The notes under the pieces: model-generated
Told to the model about the DNA's origin: nothing
Seen by the model: only the letters and a program-made list of their open reading frames with translations
Databases searched by the model: none
Made by a program: the position numbers and the translations under genes
Part shown: positions 8,720 through 15,575 of the stretch, in pieces
Numbering within the stretch: position 1 is the first letter of the stretch
Layout of the letters: each line of letters opens with the position of its first letter
From: a virus
Taxonomy: Duplodnaviria; Caudoviricetes
Direction: 5' to 3' (one strand)
Virus record (IMG/VR): IMGVR_UViG_3300049182_000071
Span: 1 to 33,717 of that record
DNA length: 33,717 nucleotides

Positions 8720-9726
8720 TGCCCAAGAAATCCAAACACCCGAAGCTGCGGGTGCACGTCAAGCGCGGCCGCGCCGGCCAAGTCTGGACGAGCTATTGGT
8801 TCGACATGCGCGGCACCGGCAAGCCAGACGTGTCACTGGGCACGGATCGCGCCGAGGCACTGCGCCGGTGGAACGAGCTCTACAACGAGCGGCCGCGCCT
8901 GGCTGGCACGCTGGAAGAGGCTTTCCGCGCGTGGGAGACCGAGGCCTTGCCGCACAAGAAGTCGCCCGAGACGCGGAGCGACTACACCAAGAGCCTGCGC
9001 CAGCTGCGCCCCTTCTTCGGCCCGGCTCAGTGGGCTGACGTTTCGCTGCCGACGCTGGTGCAGTACCTGAGGAAGCGAACCGCGAAGGAGCGCGGCCGCC
9101 ACGAGATGCGCTGCCTGTCGGTGATCTGGAACTGGGCACGCATCAATGGCTACACCGTGTTGCCGTACCCAGCCCACGGCATGGAACGTAGCGGCTGGAT
9201 GGGCCAGAGCGGCACCCAAGCGGTGGAGGTGTCAGACGAGGCCTTCGCGGCCATCCACAAGCACGCCGACCAGGCGCTGAAGGATGCGCTCGACATCGCC
9301 ACCGCGACAGGCCTGCGGGTTACCGACGTGCTCGGGCTGCGCTTGTCGGACGTGCGCGGCGACTGGCTGCAGGTCCAGGCCAGCAAGGGCGGCAAGGTGG
9401 CGAAGTTCGACCTGCGCGAGTCGGTGGTGCTGCCCGCCATCATCACGCGCCGCAAGGCCGTGAAGACCGCTGAGCACCTGTTCCTGCTGGCCGCCGGGCG
9501 CAATCCGATCACCTACCGGATGCTTCGTGACCGGTTCGTGTCCGCCCGGGCCGCGGCAGCGAAAGAGTGCCCGGAGTGCAAGACGCTCCAACTGCGCTAC
9601 ATGCGCAAGCGCGCCGCCCAGCTTTCGGATGACGCCGACGACGCATCGAAATTGCTGCAGCATTCGAGCAAGAGCACCACACGACGCCACTACCTGGTTG
9701 GCGAAAAGCTCAAGCCGGTGCGGTGA
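8719..9726 (+). CDS. int: Tyrosine recombinase / phage integrase
   Basis: N-terminal arm-binding region, TGLR..DVL, SK, RYMR, LLQH, TRRHY; adjacent to the att site. Confidence 0.93.
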   Translation: MPKKSKHPKLRVHVKRGRAGQVWTSYWFDMRGTGKPDVSLGTDRAEALRRWNELYNERPRLAGTLEEAFRAWETEALPHKKSPETRSDYTKSLRQLRPFFGPAQWADVSLPTLVQYLRKRTAKERGRHEMRCLSVIWNWARINGYTVLPYPAHGMERSGWMGQSGTQAVEVSDEAFAAIHKHADQALKDALDIATATGLRVTDVLGLRLSDVRGDWLQVQASKGGKVAKFDLRESVVLPAIITRRKAVKTAEHLFLLAAGRNPITYRMLRDRFVSARAAAAKECPECKTLQLRYMRKRAAQLSDDADDASKLLQHSSKSTTRRHYLVGEKLKPVR

Positions 9727-9731
9727 AAACA

Positions 9732-9963
9732 GCTCCCGCAAAACCTTTGCTCCCCAGTGATAAAGTCCGCGACTTCCGCATGTTCTATGCGGGAGCAATC
9801 GACCCGGAGACGGCGCCAGCGCTCGATTCCGTGGTGTGATTCAAAATCCCCCGCCGCAAGGTGTGCCGGTTCGAGTCCGGCCCCGGGCACCAGTAAATCA
9901 GCGCTTGCTTGCGGTAGCGGTCACTAACGAGTTTCCGCAATCTCCGCAACCGCTCCCGCAAAA
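9732..9963. mobile_element. attP: attP region (core plus arm-type sites)
   Basis: tRNA fragment flanked by repeated TCC(C)GCA(A) motifs, between int and the lysis genes. Confidence 0.85.
9838..9892 (+). pseudogene. 3' half of tRNA-Leu(CAA), the att core
   Basis: TT-CAA-AA anticodon loop, TCCCC stem, GCC-GCAA-GGT variable arm, CCGG-TTCGAGT-CCGG T arm, CCCGGGC-A-CCA; 5' acceptor strand and D arm absent. Confidence 0.9.
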
Positions 9964-10178
9964 GTGGCCTCCGCCAGCCTGGCCCACACCTCGCTCCTGT
10001 GCCGCGGCTTGGTCACCCTGACCTGGTTGGCGCACTCATAGCCGGCAAAGTCTGGCGACTCCACCCACCTCACGACCGGCAGCATGTCGCCGTGGTCGGC
10101 GCGGCGCTGGCAAGACTGGCACGGGTCGGCGAGCAGGCCGCTGCCGAGCGTCGAGCCAGTGCAGGCCAGCAGGGCCAT
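9924..10178 (-). CDS. Small Cys-containing hypothetical protein
   Basis: ATG directly follows the lipoprotein stop; the 3' end runs into the att arm. Confidence 0.45.
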   Translation of the reverse strand: MALLACTGSTLGSGLLADPCQSCQRRADHGDMLPVVRWVESPDFAGYECANQVRVTKPRHRSEVWARLAEATFAGAVAEIAETR

Positions 10179-10179
10179 G

Positions 10180-10482
10180 TCAGTGGTCCAGGCGCCCTTC
10201 TGACGAGCGGCGAGCCTGCGTAGCCTGGTCGCGGTCAGCCTGGGTCGCGGCCGCAGCCTTCACGTCCTCGCGCGGGCACAGCGCATCGCCGTCGGCAAAG
10301 CGTCGCACCAGGCTCAGGTGCATGTCGTCCGAGCCGGCAATGCGGTCGTCGATCGCAGCCTTCGTGTCCGCGCAGGCCAGGCGCGGCGGGCCGCCGATGC
10401 CGTAGTTGTTGAGGGTTGAGCAGCCGGAGCAGCAGATCATTACGACGCCAACGGCAATCAGCAGCAGGGCCAGTTGTTTCAT
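10180..10482 (-). CDS. Lipoprotein, possible o-spanin or lysis accessory
   Basis: GGAG RBS; MKQLALLLIAVGVVMICCSG-C signal peptide with a lipobox-like site; follows the endolysin. Confidence 0.7.
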   Translation of the reverse strand: MKQLALLLIAVGVVMICCSGCSTLNNYGIGGPPRLACADTKAAIDDRIAGSDDMHLSLVRRFADGDALCPREDVKAAAATQADRDQATQARRSSEGRLDH

Positions 10483-10553
10483 GGGGTACCTTTCTCCATG
10501 GGCAATGGTTCGACTTGTGTCCGGCGCCACCGCAAAAGGCGCAGTGGTCCACA

Positions 10554-11051
10554 TCACGCCTCGCGCTCCGAGACCGCGCTGTCGGTGACGTAGACCGGCA
10601 GGGTGTTGGTTCCGACGGTGGGCTCGAAGACGGCCGGCAGTGGCCAGCGGTAGCCGAGCACGCGCTTGAAGCCGAAGGGGCTCTCGCGCACCTCGTCGCC
10701 TTGGTTGCCGCCCAACACCAGCAGGTTGCCCGCGGTGCTGCGGCCAGTGACGATGCCAACATGGCCGCCGCCGTCGCGCTCGAAGATGACTACGGCGCCG
10801 ACTGCAGGGCCGCTGAGCGGCGTTCCCCAGTCGAGCCAGCCCTTGGCGCGGTACCAGTGCTTGGGCAGGCCTACGCCGGCTTTCTGCATGCAGGCCGCGA
10901 CGAAGGTGCCGCACCAGGGTGTTTCGTCGTCCTTCCACCAGGCACCGAGCGCGGCCAGCCAGCCGGCGATGACTGGGGCCGTCGGCGCGCCGTGGATCTC
11001 GCGCAGGCCGACGTACTTGCGGGCAATGATGAGCCAAGGCGGGCTGATCAT
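10554..11051 (-). CDS. Endolysin, TIGR02594 / NlpC-P60-like cysteine peptidase
   Basis: PPW..IA...G..E, DETPWCG, GGGHVG, LGGNQGD motifs. Confidence 0.9.
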   Translation of the reverse strand: MISPPWLIIARKYVGLREIHGAPTAPVIAGWLAALGAWWKDDETPWCGTFVAACMQKAGVGLPKHWYRAKGWLDWGTPLSGPAVGAVVIFERDGGGHVGIVTGRSTAGNLLVLGGNQGDEVRESPFGFKRVLGYRWPLPAVFEPTVGTNTLPVYVTDSAVSEREA

Positions 11052-11356
11052 GGCTTCGGCGGCACGTTGCCGCGCAGTGCCTGATAGGCGCCGTACAGCG
11101 CGGCCGCGCCAGCTGCAACAAGGCCAAGCCAGCGTACTGCCTGCCCCACAGCGCCAAGCACCCGCAAACCGAGTTTGCCGGCGGTCAAGATCTCGCGGAT
11201 GTCCTCCGTGATCTCGCTGTTGCGCTTCAGCTCGACCAGCGCGGCGGTGAGCCTGGACTCGACATCGCTCATGCGCTTGTCGCCCGCCTCCATGCGATCT
11301 TCGATCGACTGAAATTGCTGGCCAATATAGCGCTCGCGTTGGTCTTCGGCGTTCAT
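11048..11356 (-). CDS. Putative holin (coiled coil plus C-terminal hydrophobic helix)
   Basis: Directly upstream of the endolysin with ATGA overlap; WLGLVAAGAAALYGAY. Confidence 0.55.
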   Translation of the reverse strand: MNAEDQRERYIGQQFQSIEDRMEAGDKRMSDVESRLTAALVELKRNSEITEDIREILTAGKLGLRVLGAVGQAVRWLGLVAAGAAALYGAYQALRGNVPPKP

Positions 11357-11390
11357 GGCCGTGGGGCCTTGAGGGAGCATTGGCGCGCCT

Positions 11391-13541
11391 TCACTGAAAG
11401 ATGATCCCGTTCGCGGTCAGCGTATTCACCGCAGTGGATACGCCGCCGGTGCCGCCGTTGAAAGCGATGGTTGAGCCGGTGGCGATAACGCAGTCGCCTA
11501 CACCGGGCGCACCGCCCTTCTGCGCGTTGGCGTTTGTCGCGTCGACGTGCGAGCCGCGAGTCGCGGCGATGCCGTTGGTCACAGCACCGCTGAAGTTGCC
11601 GCCATGCGCCAAAACCCACGATCCCTCGGTGGCGCTGATGCCGTTGATGCCAGCGCTCGTCCCGACTGCGGCCGTCCCGAGCGAATTCGACACGTCGACT
11701 CGACCAGAAACCACTCGCACGCAGTGCCCGCCCGCGTTGCTCACATTGATGCCTGGCGCGATCACCTCGCCGCTCTCGCAGTTGATGCCGTGCGTGGTGG
11801 CGTTCTGAAAGTCGGCGTTTGCCGCCATCACTTTGCCGCCGGCCAGGGCGTAGATGGCTGTGCCAGCTATTCCTGTCGCCGTCGAGTTGTTGACGGTGAT
11901 CTCGCCCCCATTGGCCTGACAGAGGTTGGTAACGCTCGTGAAGGTGCAATCGGCCGCATCGAGAACAGACCCGTTGTCGGTGGCCAGACAAATTCCACCG
12001 ATGGTGTCGAAGGTGCTATCACGAGCTTGGGCGAGCGATGCGCCAATGAGCTGAATCGCCGGGCCGGTCATCGTGTCGTAATCGCAGCCGTTCAAGTCCC
12101 CCCGGCTGCCGCCTTCCAGGCGGACGCCGACGGCGCCATTGCTGATCAGCGGCCGATGCCCGTCGCGGTCTCGCAGGATGATGCGTGAGGCCTGCTGCGC
12201 CAGGATCGCATAGGTGCCGTTGCTGTCGAATGTCGGAATCGTTGCGCCGAACGGAACCGCCATCGCCACGGAGCGATAGACGAGGAGGCCCTCCTCGCCG
12301 CTGTCGTTGAAGTTGGAGCCTGTTCCGTAGAAGGTGCTGGCCCGGCTGACGAAGACGTTCGCCCCGGCGGCCCCCGAGAAATCGCACTGCTCCATGTAGC
12401 CCAGGGACGTGTGCGTCACCCAGACATTGCGGAACGCGGCACCGGTGAAGACGCACTCGGGCGTGGTGCACCTGCTGCTGCGCGCGACGATCAGGTTCGC
12501 GCACGTCGGCGAACCGTTGTTGATGACCCCGGCGCCAGCCGTTGCGTAGAAGTCGCTGTTCTCGCGCGCAGCCACGGCGCCCAAGTTGTAGCCGTCGTTG
12601 CCGCCAACCAGCTTGGCCTCGCAGTCCAGCAGGATTGACCATGTCGGCATCGTGGCGCGACGACCTTCAAGCACGCAGGTGTTCGCCGGCCAGGTGCCAA
12701 GTTTCACCGTTGCGTCAACACTGGTGATCTCGAAACAGGAGAAGTCGCCGTCCTTCACCACGGCGCCGGTGGTCATCTTGTGGCCGGCGGCGATCTCCAG
12801 CGTGATGGTGACGCCATCGCGGCCGGCGATGCAGTGGTCGAAGGCGGCCTGCAGCGTCGGCACATCGGTCGGCACGCGCAGGGTGGTGCTCGAGTCGAAG
12901 CGAACGGCCAGGCCGCGCGAAATGGCAGAGGTGATTGCCTGCGCTACGGTAAAGAAATCAGCCGGCGTGATGAGTTCGCGCAGCTTGTCTGCGGCGGTGC
13001 GGCCGACGGCGCCGGATCCGGCTTGAATAAATACCGTTGACGCAGCGTCGCCGGCGGCCCCGTCCAGCAGGGGATAAGTTGTCTGACCGCCCTCAGTATC
13101 GAAGCCCGACAAGCGCTCAGCTCTTTCATTGGCCGGCGGCAGCGCATCAATCAATTCGCCGGACGGTGCCCGAACAACTGACCTGAGTTCAATAGCGCCC
13201 GCAACCAGATCCTGCAGCATTCGAACTGTTCGGTCGAAGTCTGGATTCACAACCTCCTGAGCGCGAAAGTCGCCAGCAGTCTGGTAGTTGGTGTCACGCT
13301 TCAGTTCGCTGCGACGGAATAGCACGACCGCCGCCAAGTTGGCTGGCGGTGCCAGAAACGTGACGGTTCCGCCGGAATCAACGCCGAGTCCGGCAACCGT
13401 GTATTCGGATTGGTCAACCTCGGCGCTGTCAATCTTGGCAACGAGGTCTCCATCAAGCTCTACGAAGAAGTCAAACGCGAAGACGGTGCTGACGCCGTTC
13501 CCGACGTGGGCTTTGACGGGGGTCTGAACTGGCACCGGCAT
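11391..13541 (-). CDS. Tailspike / tail fibre: T7-like N-terminal anchor plus right-handed beta-helix
   Basis: GNGVSTVFAFDF...VNPDFDR anchor; PTDVPTLQAA cap helix; G/N/S-rich beta-helix repeats. Confidence 0.88.
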   Translation of the reverse strand: MPVPVQTPVKAHVGNGVSTVFAFDFFVELDGDLVAKIDSAEVDQSEYTVAGLGVDSGGTVTFLAPPANLAAVVLFRRSELKRDTNYQTAGDFRAQEVVNPDFDRTVRMLQDLVAGAIELRSVVRAPSGELIDALPPANERAERLSGFDTEGGQTTYPLLDGAAGDAASTVFIQAGSGAVGRTAADKLRELITPADFFTVAQAITSAISRGLAVRFDSSTTLRVPTDVPTLQAAFDHCIAGRDGVTITLEIAAGHKMTTGAVVKDGDFSCFEITSVDATVKLGTWPANTCVLEGRRATMPTWSILLDCEAKLVGGNDGYNLGAVAARENSDFYATAGAGVINNGSPTCANLIVARSSRCTTPECVFTGAAFRNVWVTHTSLGYMEQCDFSGAAGANVFVSRASTFYGTGSNFNDSGEEGLLVYRSVAMAVPFGATIPTFDSNGTYAILAQQASRIILRDRDGHRPLISNGAVGVRLEGGSRGDLNGCDYDTMTGPAIQLIGASLAQARDSTFDTIGGICLATDNGSVLDAADCTFTSVTNLCQANGGEITVNNSTATGIAGTAIYALAGGKVMAANADFQNATTHGINCESGEVIAPGINVSNAGGHCVRVVSGRVDVSNSLGTAAVGTSAGINGISATEGSWVLAHGGNFSGAVTNGIAATRGSHVDATNANAQKGGAPGVGDCVIATGSTIAFNGGTGGVSTAVNTLTANGIIFQ

Positions 13542-13553
13542 GGAGAGTGGCCC

Positions 13554-15227
13554 TCATGAGTCAACCTCCAAGGTGATGTCGTGCACGGCACCCTGAGGCG
13601 CCCACACTGTGCGCGGCGTGCCGGGGAAAATCTTCCCGCCGTTGGCTACTGCCTGGATGCGGTCTGGGGCCTGTGTGATGGCCCCAGCCAGTGCGTCAAG
13701 GTCATCGTCCCCTTGCTCAGTTACGGATGGGATCCACTCGCGCATCTGCTTGACGGTTTCGCTAGCCTCGCCGTCTTCATCGAACAAAACCTCGTCGTGC
13801 GCCCAAAGGTACTGGGACAGCAGTGGCGGCTCGATAGCGTCGAGGATGCGCTTGTTCTTGTTGGTGCCTTCATGATGAGCCACGACGGCACACTTGACGC
13901 CGCGCTGGATGAGCGCCGCCCGCAACATCTGCGGCGCAAAGGTACCGGCCCCATTGGTTTCGATCACCACCCGTGGAATGTTGAACTTCAGCACGTGGTC
14001 GACGAGCTGGAACACCTGGCCGCCCTTGATGGTCTTGCCGTCCTTCTCGAACTCAGCGATCTCGCCCGTCAGGCGCAGTGCGCGGTGCCAGTACCGGCGG
14101 CCCTGCTCATCCTGGTAGACGATCGCAACCGACGACTTGTCAGACTTCAACTTGCCGCTCGATGGGTCCCACTTGCAGGCCACGCCAACCATGCGCACTT
14201 TGCCGATATGCAGCACGGCCACGCGGTTGACTATCGATAGCACTGGCTCGCCGCTGTACGGCTGCAGCCTTCCAGGGTCAAGGCGAATTTCGTGCACCGG
14301 CTTGCTGTGCAGCTGGTACTGGCTGTCCCACTCGTTGATGGTGCGGGTGCGGCGGCGGCGGTCCTCCATCTCTTCCAGCGTGAACCGCTCCGGCCAGGCG
14401 CAGCCTGCATAGAAGTCAACCAGCGCTCCATTCGGATTCGCCAGCGTTGCCGTCGTGCCGCGCAGCGTGTAGTCCTTGCCTTCGATCAGAGCACGCGACC
14501 CTTTGCCAATGCCCGTCAGCACGAATTCAGGAACGAACGGCAGCGAGTAACTCGGCTCGCTCGCGCTATCGATGCGGTGCTCACGCTCGAACATCTTGAT
14601 CGTCAAGCAGTCGGCCCCGAGCGCTTCGATTTCGTCGTACAGGGAGTCGTGCGTGTGCGGCGTGCCGACATAGAGCTGACGTGCCCCAGGCACCATGCAG
14701 TGCACCTGCTCGCCAAGGCGATACCGCATCTTTTCGCGGTTCTCTGGGTTGGTGATGTTCTTGGGCACTTCGACGTCGTCGTTTTGGGCCTCTTCGCAGC
14801 GCGAGCTGGTGATCGTGGAGAGAATGCCGGCGGCCTGCATTGACGGGTTGCGTTCATCAGCGTTGCCGGATACCCACCAGAATGTGGCCTCACCGCGGGC
14901 TTCAAGAGCGCCGACGTTGCGCGTGAGCGGGTGCCGCATCAGCACCGACTTCGTGTCGCGGCTGGTCTTGTGCGCCGTTTTGTCCTGGTCGCCCTGGTGC
15001 AGGATGCGGTAGCTCGGGTCGATGTAGTAGCGCCAGGCGTTGTAGACAGCCAGGATGGTTGACTTCGCAAACCCTCGGAAGCAGCGCATCACAGCAAGCC
15101 GGCCGCGGTGCTCCAGCCAATGGACAGCGCGCCAATGGATGTCTGGCACGTCCCATCGCTGCTCCTCAGCCCAGAGGGCAAAGAACGTGGCGAAGTCGAC
15201 CTTACCGTTTGCCTTGGGTGCGCTCAT
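13554..15227 (-). CDS. terL: Terminase large subunit (T7-like)
   Basis: CFRGFAKS Walker A, NDDVE Walker B, VGTPH, SQYQL, WDPS, IETNG, DDDLDALA; likely start MSAPK at 15227. Confidence 0.93.
   Translation of the reverse strand: MSAPKANGKVDFATFFALWAEEQRWDVPDIHWRAVHWLEHRGRLAVMRCFRGFAKSTILAVYNAWRYYIDPSYRILHQGDQDKTAHKTSRDTKSVLMRHPLTRNVGALEARGEATFWWVSGNADERNPSMQAAGILSTITSSRCEEAQNDDVEVPKNITNPENREKMRYRLGEQVHCMVPGARQLYVGTPHTHDSLYDEIEALGADCLTIKMFEREHRIDSASEPSYSLPFVPEFVLTGIGKGSRALIEGKDYTLRGTTATLANPNGALVDFYAGCAWPERFTLEEMEDRRRRTRTINEWDSQYQLHSKPVHEIRLDPGRLQPYSGEPVLSIVNRVAVLHIGKVRMVGVACKWDPSSGKLKSDKSSVAIVYQDEQGRRYWHRALRLTGEIAEFEKDGKTIKGGQVFQLVDHVLKFNIPRVVIETNGAGTFAPQMLRAALIQRGVKCAVVAHHEGTNKNKRILDAIEPPLLSQYLWAHDEVLFDEDGEASETVKQMREWIPSVTEQGDDDLDALAGAITQAPDRIQAVANGGKIFPGTPRTVWAPQGAVHDITLEVDS
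13606..13638 (-). promoter_or_regulatory. Putative late promoter for the tailspike and lysis genes
   Basis: CGGGAAGATTTTCCC-N12-CACAGT; same box and spacing as at 26841-26873. Confidence 0.65.
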
Positions 15228-15573
15228 CGAACGTGCGCTTCTTGGCCTTGTCGAGGACGCGGGAAACGGCCGCCGCGGCGCGCTTCTCCGCATCTGCGAT
15301 CCGGCGATCCATGTCGGCGTCACGGGCTGCATCGGCCTCGCCACCGACAGGCGACGCGCCGGCCAGGTCAAGCGTGTAGCGCAATACGCCGCCAGTGGCC
15401 ATGGCGTTTTTCTTGTTCCAGTAGGCGTCGCCGCGCTCTTGCGATGTCATGTCGCGAGGCAACTTATCGCCTTCCCCGGCGGCCGTCCAATTCTCAGGGT
15501 CGGCTTCGACAAGAAAACGGTCGGCCAGCTTTTCGGCTAGGGCTTGAAGCTTCTCGTATTGGTCTTGGCGCAT
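15202..15573 (-). CDS. terS: Putative terminase small subunit
   Basis: 123-aa gene overlapping the terL start; called from position only. Confidence 0.6.
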   Translation of the reverse strand: MRQDQYEKLQALAEKLADRFLVEADPENWTAAGEGDKLPRDMTSQERGDAYWNKKNAMATGGVLRYTLDLAGASPVGGEADAARDADMDRRIADAEKRAAAAVSRVLDKAKKRTFDERTQGKR

Positions 15574-15575
15574 GG

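Noticed and set aside
9805-9892. Complete functional tRNA-Leu gene
   Set aside because: No 5' acceptor strand complementary to CCCGGGC and no D arm; only the 3' half is present.
10180-11157. 325-aa ORF overlapping the endolysin
   Set aside because: Only the last 100 codons have an RBS and a signal peptide; the upstream part is an off-frame overlap.
11391-13541. Diversity-generating retroelement, as in BPP-1
   Set aside because: No reverse transcriptase and no TR/VR repeat pair seen in this window; the receptor-binding protein is a beta-helix. The rest of the genome is unseen.
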